Assembly (NCBI GenBank): GCA_017409025.1 | Contig: JAFQTN010000001.1 | Coordinates: forward strand, 71,088 to 135,087 | Source: Bacilli bacterium | Lineage (GTDB): Bacteria > Bacillota_I > Bacilli_A > RF39 > UBA660 | Length of the DNA stretch: 64,000 nt | Direction of reading: 5' to 3' | The notes under the pieces: model-generated | Told to the model about the DNA's origin: nothing | The model's input: only the letters and a program-made list of their open reading frames with translations | Databases searched by the model: none | Position numbers and translations under genes: made by a program | Shown: positions 47,437 through 56,992 of the stretch, piece by piece | Layout: each line of letters opens with the position of its first letter | How positions within the stretch are numbered: position 1 is the first letter of the stretch

Positions 47437-47682
47437 ATGGGAAAGAAAGAAAACATAAATATTGAAGAAAAAATTAGCGAAGTATTAAACAAAATAAGAC
47501 CATACCTACAAAATGATGGTGGAAATGTAGAATTTCTAAGATATGAAAATGGAGTAGCATATGTTAGATTAACTGGCGCATGTAGCAATTGTCCATTAGC
47601 AGATCATACGCTAGAAAGTGGAATTGAAACAGCACTAATAAATGAAATACCTGAAATTATAAAAGTAGTAAACGAAGATTAA
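47437..47682 (+). CDS. NifU C-terminal-domain Fe-S assembly protein (YutI-like)
   Basis: IRPYLQNDGGNVEFLRYENGVAYVRLTGACSNCP. Confidence 0.8.
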   Translation: MGKKENINIEEKISEVLNKIRPYLQNDGGNVEFLRYENGVAYVRLTGACSNCPLADHTLESGIETALINEIPEIIKVVNED

Positions 47683-48578
47683 TTTCTTCTTTTTTTTAGC
47701 CATTCAATTTCATATACATCATAATTATCCTTAAAAAAACATATTACTTTACTCAAATATTCCTCGTATTCATCCAACCTAGAAATTACATCTAGGATTA
47801 TTTTTTCTTCTTTATTATCAATTAAAATATCTTCGTACATATCAAAATAAAAACTTGGATACAATAATCTTGATATAAGTAAATTAACATCCGTTAAAGA
47901 TAAAGAATTATTACGTAAATATATGACTAATTCATTAAAAATATTATAATTATTATTAAAAAAAGAATTCTTTATATATTCAGCAATATCTCTAACTTTA
48001 TAATCAAATATTATATTCAATGGATTATATAAAGCTTCAACCGTATCACGCCACCTAATAGTTTTATGACTAATAACATATTTATAATTATTATCTGTAA
48101 TGATAGAATTAAAATAACTAATAGCGTTTTCAGCCATTCCAACAAAATAATTAAAACTATCAACGATTAACGGATATTTTTTACCATTTTCATTTATTAA
48201 ATCCTCCAAATAATCAATTTTATTACTCCATAACATTCCCCAATTAACATTAATTTTTTCTATCATCAAAGAATTAGATATAAAAGATATCTCTTCTAGA
48301 GAAATAGGTTTGTTGATATTAACAAATATTTTAAGCAATATGTAATCAATATCATTATAAATACTAATAACTTCACCATTCATATTAACAATAATTTCAC
48401 TCATCAAAGTATTACCAACTAATTTTTTATTAATCTCATATAGAGATTTAGTGTTAATGTTACTATCAACAATATATAATCTATAAACATAACCATTATA
48501 AATAAAAGAATAATATTTATTACCATATATAACTTTATCAACTTTAATACCATAGAAGTACTCAATAAAATTATTCAT
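47679..48578 (-). CDS. Possible CotS/YutH-family spore-coat kinase-like protein
   Basis: The call rests only on size, N-terminal pattern (YGI..........F...G..YRLY) and the neighbouring yutI-like gene. Confidence 0.35.
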   Translation of the reverse strand: MNNFIEYFYGIKVDKVIYGNKYYSFIYNGYVYRLYIVDSNINTKSLYEINKKLVGNTLMSEIIVNMNGEVISIYNDIDYILLKIFVNINKPISLEEISFISNSLMIEKINVNWGMLWSNKIDYLEDLINENGKKYPLIVDSFNYFVGMAENAISYFNSIITDNNYKYVISHKTIRWRDTVEALYNPLNIIFDYKVRDIAEYIKNSFFNNNYNIFNELVIYLRNNSLSLTDVNLLISRLLYPSFYFDMYEDILIDNKEEKIILDVISRLDEYEEYLSKVICFFKDNYDVYEIEWLKKRRN

Positions 48579-48682
48579 TAAACCAAACCTCCATCATATA
48601 AATATAACAAAAGTAAAAACATCTACTAAAGTTTATGCAACATTTACAAAATAATGTAAAAATTACTAAAGTGTTAAAATGT

Positions 48683-48712
48683 TTGACAAAATATTTTTTT
48701 TTCGTATATAAT
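48683..48712 (+). promoter_or_regulatory. SigA-type promoter of topA
   Basis: TTGACA (48683-48688), 18-nt spacer, TATAAT (48707-48712). Confidence 0.5.
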
Positions 48713-48732
48713 GGGAAGGAAAGGACGGACAT

Positions 48733-50754
48733 ATGACAAAAAAACTAGTAATTGTGGAATCTCCAAGTAAAAGCAAAACTATTGAAAAATATTTGGGAAC
48801 AGATTATAAAGTAGTATCTTCACTTGGACATATAAGAGACCTAGCAACAACCGGAAAATATGGTTTTGGAATAGATATAGAAAATGGATTTATACCAAAT
48901 TATGAAATTATTAAAGGTAAAAAGAAATTAGTAACATCATTAAAAAAAGATGTTAAAGATTCAAATTTCGTGTACTTAGCGACCGACCCAGATAGGGAAG
49001 GAGAAGCAATATCGTGGCATTTATTTGATGCCTTAGGATTAGATAAAAAGAAATATAAAAGAATTGTCTTCAACGAAATTACTAAAGATGTTATCCTATC
49101 TAGTTTTGATAAAGCCAGAGAAATAGATGACAATCTAGTAAGATCACAAGAGACTAGAAGAATGTTAGATAGGATTATTGGATTTAGACTAAGTAAATTA
49201 ATGCAATCAAAAACTGGTGGAAAATCAGCAGGACGTGTTCAAAGTGTTGCCCTGAAATTAATCGTAGATAGAGAAAGAGAAATTGAGGCATTTATTCCAG
49301 AAGACTATTATGAAATAGATGCTATATTTAATAATTTTGAAGCAAAATTGGACTCATATAATAATATGAAAATTGAAATAAAAACTGAAGAAGAAGCTAA
49401 AGATATTATTAGTAAATTATCTGATCTATTTAAAATTAAATCTATTGAAAAACAAATTAAAAATAAAAAGGCAAAAGCACCTCATATAACATCTACATTA
49501 CAACAAGAAGCATCAAGTAAATTAAACTTTACAAGTAAAAAAACAATGATGATAGCACAAAAATTATATGAAGGAATTACTTTAAAAGATGAAACAGTAG
49601 GTCTTATTACATATATGAGGACTGACTCAATCAGATTATCTGATGAATTTATAAAAAGAACTTATGGTTACATCAAAGAAAATTATGGTGAAAAGTATTT
49701 AGGATATGTTAAAAAAAGTAAGAAAACTGAAAATGTTCAAGATGCACACGAAGCTATTAGACCTACAAGTATAAATAGAACACCAGAATCAATAAAAGAA
49801 TACTTATCTAATGATGAGTATAAATTATATAAAATGATTTACTATAGAGCATTAGCTTCCTTAATGAAAGATGCAGAAGTAGAAGCAACTACAATTATTT
49901 TAGATAATAATAATTATCAATTTAAAACAACTGGTAGTGTATTGAAATTTGATGGTTATTTAAAGGTATATAGTGAATATGAAGACAGTAAAGATACAAT
50001 TTTACCATCTTTTGAAGAAAATCAAGAATTAAAATCAAACGAAATTAATTATACAAAACATACAACCAAACCACCAGCAAGATATACAGAAAGTAAACTT
50101 ATTAAAGAAATGGAAATATTAGGAATAGGTCGACCTTCTACATACGCTACAACTATTGGAATCTTATCTGAAAGAGGTTATGTAAAAGTAATTGAGAAAA
50201 AATTTCATCCAACTGAAGTTGGTATAGAAACAACTGATAAACTTCAAGAATACTTCAAAGATATAATCAATGTTGACTACACTAAAGAAATGGAAGATGA
50301 TTTAGATAAGATAGCTGATGGAAATTTAATCTGGACGAATTTGCTAAATAGATTTTATAACGAATTTGAACCTAAAGTGAAAGAAGCGTTCAGCAATATG
50401 GAAAAGAAACAAGCAGAAGTTACTGGAGAAATGTGTCCAAATTGTAAAAGTCCACTTGTAATCAAAAGAAGTAGATATGGAGAATTTACTGCATGTTCAA
50501 ATTATCCAGAATGTAAATATATAAAAACAGAGAAAGAACCCCAAAAAGAAATAATGGATTGCCCAACATGTGGTGGCAAAATAATTGAAAAGAAGACAAG
50601 AAAAGGAAAAATATTTTATGGATGTAATAATTACCCAAAATGTGATTTTGCTACATGGGATAAACCAACTGGAGAAATATGTCCGAATTGTTCAAAACCT
50701 TTAGTAGAAACAAAAGATAAAATAAAATGTTCAAAATGTGAATACGAAAGATAG
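48733..50754 (+). CDS. topA: DNA topoisomerase I
   Basis: TOPRIM LVIVESPSKSKTIEKYLG, active-site ITYMRTDS, and three C-terminal C4 zinc ribbons. Confidence 0.95.
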   Translation: MTKKLVIVESPSKSKTIEKYLGTDYKVVSSLGHIRDLATTGKYGFGIDIENGFIPNYEIIKGKKKLVTSLKKDVKDSNFVYLATDPDREGEAISWHLFDALGLDKKKYKRIVFNEITKDVILSSFDKAREIDDNLVRSQETRRMLDRIIGFRLSKLMQSKTGGKSAGRVQSVALKLIVDREREIEAFIPEDYYEIDAIFNNFEAKLDSYNNMKIEIKTEEEAKDIISKLSDLFKIKSIEKQIKNKKAKAPHITSTLQQEASSKLNFTSKKTMMIAQKLYEGITLKDETVGLITYMRTDSIRLSDEFIKRTYGYIKENYGEKYLGYVKKSKKTENVQDAHEAIRPTSINRTPESIKEYLSNDEYKLYKMIYYRALASLMKDAEVEATTIILDNNNYQFKTTGSVLKFDGYLKVYSEYEDSKDTILPSFEENQELKSNEINYTKHTTKPPARYTESKLIKEMEILGIGRPSTYATTIGILSERGYVKVIEKKFHPTEVGIETTDKLQEYFKDIINVDYTKEMEDDLDKIADGNLIWTNLLNRFYNEFEPKVKEAFSNMEKKQAEVTGEMCPNCKSPLVIKRSRYGEFTACSNYPECKYIKTEKEPQKEIMDCPTCGGKIIEKKTRKGKIFYGCNNYPKCDFATWDKPTGEICPNCSKPLVETKDKIKCSKCEYER

Positions 50755-50857
50755 TAAACTTACAGTGAACTGTCTTTTCTTATACCAAAATTTAATAATA
50801 AATAACATTTTTTATAAATATGCTATCGCCATTTAAAATAAAAAAGAAGGAGAAAAG

Positions 50858-51595
50858 ATGAACGAAACAATAGAGAAATTAAAGAAAGAATTTGATAGAA
50901 TTTCCAAAAAAGGATACATAAAAGGAATATATAATAATTTTGCATCAATAGGACGAACATTTGAAAACGAGTTGAACCTTCCTAGGAATATCATGGAAAT
51001 ACCAGATTACAATGGAATTGAGATAAAAACTAGAAGGACATATAGCAAAAGTAAAATAACATTATTTAATGCAGTTCCTGATGGAGAAGAGAAACTTGAA
51101 GTGGAAAGAATAAAAAAAACCTATGGTTATCCTTATAAGAAAGATAGAAGATATAATGCATTATATGTGAGTGTATATGCAAACAAAAAAGAATTTGGTG
51201 GAGTAAAGTATCAATATAAACTTGATGTAGATCGAGAAGCCCAAAAAATATATTTATGTATTTATGACAGATATAATAATTTAATTGAACGAAAAGTATA
51301 CTGGTCGTTTATATATATAGAAAGTAAAATTATGTTAAAATTACAAATTTTAGCAATTGTTAATGCTTGGCCAAAGAACATAGAAGGTTGGAATTATTTT
51401 AACTACTATAAAATAGATTTTTATAAATTAAAGAATTTTGAAACTTTTCTAAAATTAATTGAAGATGGAATCATAAGAATTACATTAAAAGTAGATATAT
51501 ATTTAGATGAAAAAAACTATGGAAAAACTTATGACCATGGCTGTGGATTTTCTATATCAGAAAATGACATAACCAAATTATATGATAAAATATAA
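50858..51595 (+). CDS. PD-(D/E)XK nuclease, BcnI/MvaI-like restriction endonuclease family
   Basis: KKGYIKG..IGRTFENEL....EIPDYNGIEIKTRR..ITLFNAVP..YGY and YDHGCGFSIS parallel BcnI (NKGYL..GQILERQFG..LGDLGEFELKGMR..LTLFHKKP..FGY; HDRGPHLRIP) as recalled. 245 aa. Confidence 0.55.
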   Translation: MNETIEKLKKEFDRISKKGYIKGIYNNFASIGRTFENELNLPRNIMEIPDYNGIEIKTRRTYSKSKITLFNAVPDGEEKLEVERIKKTYGYPYKKDRRYNALYVSVYANKKEFGGVKYQYKLDVDREAQKIYLCIYDRYNNLIERKVYWSFIYIESKIMLKLQILAIVNAWPKNIEGWNYFNYYKIDFYKLKNFETFLKLIEDGIIRITLKVDIYLDEKNYGKTYDHGCGFSISENDITKLYDKI

Positions 51596-51625
51596 TAATC
51601 TTAATAAAAATTTTAAATAATAAAA

Positions 51626-51648
51626 AAAGCCTTGAAAATCAAGGCTTT
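51626..51648. terminator. Bidirectional terminator (nuclease gene / minus-strand tRNA pair)
   Basis: AAAGCCTTGA AAA TCAAGGCTTT with an A-run upstream and T's downstream. Confidence 0.6.
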
Positions 51649-51658
51649 AATTTCTAAC

Positions 51659-51735
51659 TGGTCGGGAAGACAGGATTTGAACCTGCAACCCCTTGGTCCC
51701 AAACCAAATGCTCTACCAAGTTGAGCCACTTCCCG
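51659..51735 (-). tRNA. tRNA-Pro (UGG)
   Basis: Reverse complement CGGGAAG..TTTGG TTTGGGA CCAAG..GGTTCAAATCC..CTTCCCG-A-CCA. Confidence 0.85.
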
Positions 51736-51740
51736 AAAAA

Positions 51741-51817
51741 TGGTGGAGAATGAGGGACTCGAACCCTTGACCCCCACGGTGCAAGCGTGGTGCTCTAGCC
51801 AACTGAGCTAATTCCCC
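51741..51817 (-). tRNA. tRNA-Ala (UGC)
   Basis: Reverse complement GGGGAAT (G3:U70)..CCACG CTTGCAC CGTGG..GGTTCGAGTCC..ATTCTCC-A-CCA. Confidence 0.85.
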
Positions 51818-51928
51818 AACAACAATTAAAATTATATATTAAAAATATTCACTTGTCAACGAAAAAATGCATTTTTTTATAAAAAAAATAAAAATATATG
51901 ATATAATCTTTTTACGAGGTGTATAAAT

Positions 51929-53350
51929 ATGAATGGAAATAAGGCAATAACAAAAAGAGATGTAGACTTTGCTAAATGGTATACAGACGTTGTAACTGCA
52001 GCTAATTTAGCAAGATATTCAAATGTAAAAGGATGTATCATTTATGAAGCAAACGGAACCGCTATCTGGGAAAAAATTAAAGAAGTTCTAGATAAAAAAT
52101 TTAAAGAAACAGGACATGAAAACGTTACAATGCCGATGTTAATTCCAGAGTCTTTATTAAGAAAAGAAAGTGAATTAGTCAAAGGATTTGCTCCAGAAGT
52201 TGCATGGGTAACTCAGGGAGGAAGCAAAGAATTAGAAGAAAGACTTTGTATAAGACCTACCAGTGAAACATTATTTAGTGATTATTACCATGAAGTTGTT
52301 AAATCCTATAAAGACCTACCATTAAAATATAATCAATGGTGCAATGTAATGAGATGGGAAAAAGAAGCAAGACCATTCTTAAGAGGTAGAGAATTCTTCT
52401 GGCAAGAAGGACATACTGTTCACGCTACAAAAGAAGAAGCTGAAGCTGAAACAAAAGGAATGTTAGAAGTATACAAAGACTTCTTTGAACAATATTTAGC
52501 TATTCCTGTATTAACAGGAAGAAAAACAGAAAAAGAAAAATTTGCAGGAGCTGATTATACCCTAACAGTAGAATCACTTATGTATAATGGAGTGTCACTT
52601 CAATCAGGAACAACACATTATTTTGGACAAAAATTCTCTAAAGCATACGATATCAAATTTGTAACTAAAGAAAATACATTTGAATACGCATACCAAACTT
52701 CATGGGGAGTATCAAATCGTATGATAGGTGCCCTAATAATGGTACATGGTGACGACAGTGGATTGATATTACCACCAAGAATAGCACCTAAGCAAGTAGC
52801 TATAATTAAAGCAACAACAGATGATGAAACTAACCAATTAGCAGAAGAATTAAATAAAAAATTATTAAATGCAAATATTTCTTCATATATTGATTCATCG
52901 GATAAATCCTTCGGATTCAAACTAGCGGAAGCCGAAGTAAATGGTATCCCAGTAAGAATTGAATTAGGAAAAAGAGATATTGCTAACAAAGTAATTACAG
53001 TATCAAGAAGAGATACCCTAGAAAAAGAACAAATTGAATTTGATATAGATATCGTCGAATACATAAATAATCTTATGGAAAATATTCAAACCAACTTATA
53101 TGAAAGAGCTAAAACAAGAAGAGATTCAATGACATATCATGCAAAAACACTAGATGAAATCAAAAAAATTATGGATACTCAACCAGGATTTATCTATGCA
53201 CCATGGTGTGGTGAAGAAGAGTGTGAGTTGAAAATGAAAGAAATTAAAGGATTAAAATCAAGATGTATTACTGAAAATAACGAAAAAGAAACTTGTCCAG
53301 TATGTGGTAAAAAATCTAAACATATTGTTGTTTGGGGTATCCAATATTAA
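51929..53350 (+). CDS. proS: Proline--tRNA ligase (archaeal/eukaryote-like type with C-terminal Zn domain)
   Basis: FAKWYTDVV.., class II motifs RPTSET and FWQEGHT, and C-terminal CGEEEC..CPVCG. Confidence 0.93.
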   Translation: MNGNKAITKRDVDFAKWYTDVVTAANLARYSNVKGCIIYEANGTAIWEKIKEVLDKKFKETGHENVTMPMLIPESLLRKESELVKGFAPEVAWVTQGGSKELEERLCIRPTSETLFSDYYHEVVKSYKDLPLKYNQWCNVMRWEKEARPFLRGREFFWQEGHTVHATKEEAEAETKGMLEVYKDFFEQYLAIPVLTGRKTEKEKFAGADYTLTVESLMYNGVSLQSGTTHYFGQKFSKAYDIKFVTKENTFEYAYQTSWGVSNRMIGALIMVHGDDSGLILPPRIAPKQVAIIKATTDDETNQLAEELNKKLLNANISSYIDSSDKSFGFKLAEAEVNGIPVRIELGKRDIANKVITVSRRDTLEKEQIEFDIDIVEYINNLMENIQTNLYERAKTRRDSMTYHAKTLDEIKKIMDTQPGFIYAPWCGEEECELKMKEIKGLKSRCITENNEKETCPVCGKKSKHIVVWGIQY

Positions 53351-53389
53351 AAAGTTATGATATAATAACAACTAACAAGAGGAGGAAAT

Positions 53390-53602
53390 ATGGAAATAGC
53401 AGTTATAATTGTATCAATATTATTAATCGCAATTGTATTATTACAAAGCGGTAAAGCGGAAAGTGCTAATATAATTCAAGGTGGTTCATCTGAATTATTT
53501 CAAAACAGAAAAGAAAGAGGACTAGAATTAGTTATAAGTAGATTAACATTTATCCTAGGTTTTACTTTCTTCGTATTATGCACATTCATATCATTTATGT
53601 AA
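53390..53602 (+). CDS. secG: Preprotein translocase subunit SecG
   Basis: 70 aa with two TM helices; LLQSGKAES..GGSSELF. Confidence 0.75.
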   Translation: MEIAVIIVSILLIAIVLLQSGKAESANIIQGGSSELFQNRKERGLELVISRLTFILGFTFFVLCTFISFM

Positions 53603-53608
53603 TATAAT

Positions 53609-53633
53609 AGCAGGCATTGGGTCTGCTTTTTTA
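53609..53633 (+). terminator. Rho-independent terminator
   Basis: AGCAGGC/GTCTGCT stem + T6. Confidence 0.6.
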
Positions 53634-53747
53634 ATAAAAAAAACAAAATTATGGGAAATTGTCATATATTATATAATGAAGTTGAAAAACAGCCCAAAAT
53701 TTGGTATTATTGACTAGTAAAAATGAAAGGATGAAGATGATTATAAA

Positions 53748-56216
53748 ATGTTAGAATTAAAAAAAATAACCAAAATATATCAAACTGGTGAATTTAAACA
53801 AACTGCATTGAATAATATTACAATTAATTTTAGAAATAATGAGTTTGTATCAATTCTAGGTCCTTCTGGGAGTGGAAAAACAACACTTCTTAATATAATT
53901 GGTGGCCTAGATAAATATACTAGTGGTGATTTAATAATAAATGAACTTTCTACTAAGGAGTTTAAAGATGGAGACTGGGATATTTTTCGTAACCATAGAG
54001 TAGGTTTCGTTTTCCAAAGCTATAATCTAATAACACACCAAACTATTCTGTCGAATGTCGAATTAGCTCTAACCTTATCTGGAGTTAATAAAGAAGAAAG
54101 AACAAAAAAAGCGAAAGAAGCCTTAAAAAAAGTAGGATTAATTGATCACATTCATAAAAAACCAAATCAATTATCAGGTGGTCAAATGCAAAGAGTAGCC
54201 ATTGCTAGAGCACTAGTTAACGATCCAGAAATACTTCTTGCTGACGAACCGACCGGAGCACTTGACACTGATACTAGTAAGGAAATAATGAAGTTATTAA
54301 AAGACATTGCTAAAAAGAAATTAGTAATAATGGTTACCCATAACCAAGAACTAGCAGAAAAATATTCAACTAGAATTATAAGTATAAAAGATGGAGAAAT
54401 TACTAATGATACAGACGAATACGATGGCAAAAACGATACACAACAAGAAGAGAAAATTAGAAAACAAAAAACTAAGAAAACAAGTATGAATTTTAAAACA
54501 GCTCTAAGTTTAAGTTTAAATAATCTACTAACAAAAAAGGGAAGAACATTATTAACTGCATTCGCTGGTAGTATTGGAATTATCGGTATTGCTTTGATTT
54601 TATCACTATCAACAGGAGTAGATAACTATATTGCTAGAGTTCAAGAAGATACATTAACTAGCTATCCCTTAACAATAGAACAAGCAACAGCTGATATGTC
54701 TAGTTTGATGCTAGACTTAGCTAATCAAAATCAAAGGGAAGAACATACAGATAATAAAATATATTCAAACGATTTAATGACAAGTTTAGTAGAAACAATG
54801 TCTAGCCAAATTAAAACAAATAATTTAAAAGAATTTAAAAAATATTTAGAAGAAAATCCAGACAATCTATCTGAATATGTAAACGATATAAAATATAGTT
54901 ATAGTCTTGATTTACAAATATACAGCAAAGATACTTCAAAAATAACCAAATTAAACCCATCTACTGTATTTTCATCATTTGGATTTGCATCACAACAAGG
55001 TACGACAAGTCAAATAAACAACACGATGGGAAATAGAATTAATGTATTCAACGAACTATCCGAAAATACTACACTAATCAAAAACACATATGATATCTTA
55101 GCAGGAAGATTACCAGAAAAAAAAGATGAAGTAATCTTAATCGTAGATAGTTACGGAGAAATTAGTGACTATGCTTTATATGCTATTGGTTTAAAAGATC
55201 AAGCAGAATTAACAGAAATGACTACAAAAATAATGAAAGGTGAAGAACTTGAAGAGCCTAAACAAACAAGTTATACATACGATGAATTAGTGGGAGTGGA
55301 ATTTAAATTAGTATTAAATACAGATTATTATGAAAAACAAAATGGCGTCTGGATGGATAAATCAACAGATGAAGAATATATAAAAGAAATAATAAATAAT
55401 GGGCTAACTTTGAAAGTTGTAGGTATAATAAAACCAAACGAAGAATCGACAAACCAAACGAGTGGTGAAATTGGTTATACTAAAGAATTAACAGAATACG
55501 TAATAACTAAAATTAATGATTCACAAATAGCAAAAGAACAGCTTGCCAATAAAGATAAAAATATATTAACAAATATTCCATTTAGCCAATTATCAACATA
55601 TGAAATGTCATTATTATCACTAGGCATAGTAGATTTAGAAAACCCATCATCAATTAATATTTATCCAAAAGATTTTACTTCAAAAGATTCAATAATTAAA
55701 ATAATAGATAATTATAATGAAGAAAAAGAAGAAAATAATGAAAAAGAATCGGTTATTACATATACTGACTACGTAGGAATACTAATGTCAAGCATAACAA
55801 CTATTGTCGATGTAATAAGCTATGTATTAATCGCTTTCGTAAGTATTTCATTAATAGTATCTTCAATAATGATTGGTGTAATTACATATATATCAGTTTT
55901 AGAAAGAACTAAAGAAATTGGTATATTAAGAGCAATCGGAGCTAGAAAAAAAGATATTTCAAGAGTATTTAATGCAGAAACATTTATAATCGGTTTAGCA
56001 TCAGGAATATTAGGAATAACCATAACAATTTTACTAAATATTCCTATAAATATTATTATTGAAAACTTATCTGGAATCAAAAATGTATCAACACTACCAA
56101 TAATAGGAGCTATAATACTAGTAATCATAAGTGTATTTCTAACAGTAATAGCAGGCTTAATTCCATCTAGATATGCAAGCAAGAAAGATCCGGTAGTGGC
56201 ATTACGTTCAGAATAA
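53748..56216 (+). CDS. Fused ABC transporter ATPase + FtsX/MacB-type permease
   Basis: Walker A GPSGSGKTT, LSGGQMQR and Walker B LLADEPTGALD. The C-terminus has an FtsX-like 4-TM domain and a large extracytoplasmic loop. Confidence 0.85.
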   Translation: MLELKKITKIYQTGEFKQTALNNITINFRNNEFVSILGPSGSGKTTLLNIIGGLDKYTSGDLIINELSTKEFKDGDWDIFRNHRVGFVFQSYNLITHQTILSNVELALTLSGVNKEERTKKAKEALKKVGLIDHIHKKPNQLSGGQMQRVAIARALVNDPEILLADEPTGALDTDTSKEIMKLLKDIAKKKLVIMVTHNQELAEKYSTRIISIKDGEITNDTDEYDGKNDTQQEEKIRKQKTKKTSMNFKTALSLSLNNLLTKKGRTLLTAFAGSIGIIGIALILSLSTGVDNYIARVQEDTLTSYPLTIEQATADMSSLMLDLANQNQREEHTDNKIYSNDLMTSLVETMSSQIKTNNLKEFKKYLEENPDNLSEYVNDIKYSYSLDLQIYSKDTSKITKLNPSTVFSSFGFASQQGTTSQINNTMGNRINVFNELSENTTLIKNTYDILAGRLPEKKDEVILIVDSYGEISDYALYAIGLKDQAELTEMTTKIMKGEELEEPKQTSYTYDELVGVEFKLVLNTDYYEKQNGVWMDKSTDEEYIKEIINNGLTLKVVGIIKPNEESTNQTSGEIGYTKELTEYVITKINDSQIAKEQLANKDKNILTNIPFSQLSTYEMSLLSLGIVDLENPSSINIYPKDFTSKDSIIKIIDNYNEEKEENNEKESVITYTDYVGILMSSITTIVDVISYVLIAFVSISLIVSSIMIGVITYISVLERTKEIGILRAIGARKKDISRVFNAETFIIGLASGILGITITILLNIPINIIIENLSGIKNVSTLPIIGAIILVIISVFLTVIAGLIPSRYASKKDPVVALRSE

Positions 56217-56240
56217 GAGCAAAAGCTCTTTTTCTTTTAT
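56214..56240 (+). terminator. Rho-independent terminator (sequence shared with 38388-38411)
   Basis: AGAGC AAA GCTCT + TTTTCTTTT. Confidence 0.65.
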
Positions 56241-56289
56241 TTAAAATATGGTACAATATTATCACAGAGTTAAAAGGAGAAGTAAAAAG

Positions 56290-56871
56290 ATGAAAAAGAA
56301 ATTAATGTTAATAATCTCAATAATATTTATATGTCTATTAGCAGGATGTACAAAAGAAACAGAAGAAACAGATGCACAAAAGTTTGCTAAAGAGTATTCA
56401 ACACTAACTGAAGATAATTATTTTGTATATAGAAAAAATGAAGAAATAGTGAAAATTTTAGAACATGGTACAGGAGTTATATACCTAGGTTTTCCAGAAT
56501 GCCCTTGGTGCCAAGCGTATGTTCCAATGTTAAATGAAGTAGCAGATATTGAAGGATTAGAAAAAATATATTATTACAATATTTTAGAAGATAGAAAAAA
56601 TAATACTGAAACATATCAAAAAATAGTAAATATAACAAAAGAATATCTACAATATGATGAAGAAGGAAATAAAAGAATATATGTTCCAGCAGTAATTGTT
56701 GTATCAGATGGAGAAATTATAGGTTTTGATGATGAGACATCTTATGATACAAAGGGATATGATTCACCAGAAGATTATTGGAAAGAAGAAGAACAATCAG
56801 AATTGAAAAAAAGACTAACAAAAATGATAAGTGAAATAATAGACAATAAATGTACAGATTGTAATAAATAA
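56290..56871 (+). CDS. Thioredoxin-fold lipoprotein
   Basis: Lipobox LLAGC after MKKKLMLIISIIFIC, plus CPWC redox motif (GFPECPWCQAY). Confidence 0.6.
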   Translation: MKKKLMLIISIIFICLLAGCTKETEETDAQKFAKEYSTLTEDNYFVYRKNEEIVKILEHGTGVIYLGFPECPWCQAYVPMLNEVADIEGLEKIYYYNILEDRKNNTETYQKIVNITKEYLQYDEEGNKRIYVPAVIVVSDGEIIGFDDETSYDTKGYDSPEDYWKEEEQSELKKRLTKMISEIIDNKCTDCNK

Positions 56872-56880
56872 ATTTTATAA

Positions 56881-56910
56881 ACACCTAGTTTAAACTGGGT
56901 GTTTTTTTTA
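56881..56910 (+). terminator. Rho-independent terminator
   Basis: ACACCTAGT/ACTGGGTGT stem + T8. Confidence 0.7.
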
Positions 56911-56935
56911 TAATCATTGTTAATAATTAAAACAA

Positions 56936-56973
56936 AAAAAGTAAAATATATAACATCTTACGAATAATACTTA
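56936..56973 (+). promoter_or_regulatory. com-box-like bipartite promoter, copy D
   Basis: AAAAAGTAAA (56936-56945), 13-nt spacer, TACGAATAATAC (56959-56970). Confidence 0.4.
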
Positions 56974-56992
56974 TGAAGAATCATAGAAAGGA

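Noticed and set aside
51659-53350. tRNA-Pro(UGG) adjacent to proS as a second example of synthetase-tRNA coupling.
   Set aside because: The tRNA is on the opposite strand in a separate Ala-Pro unit with its own terminator, so adjacency alone is weak evidence.
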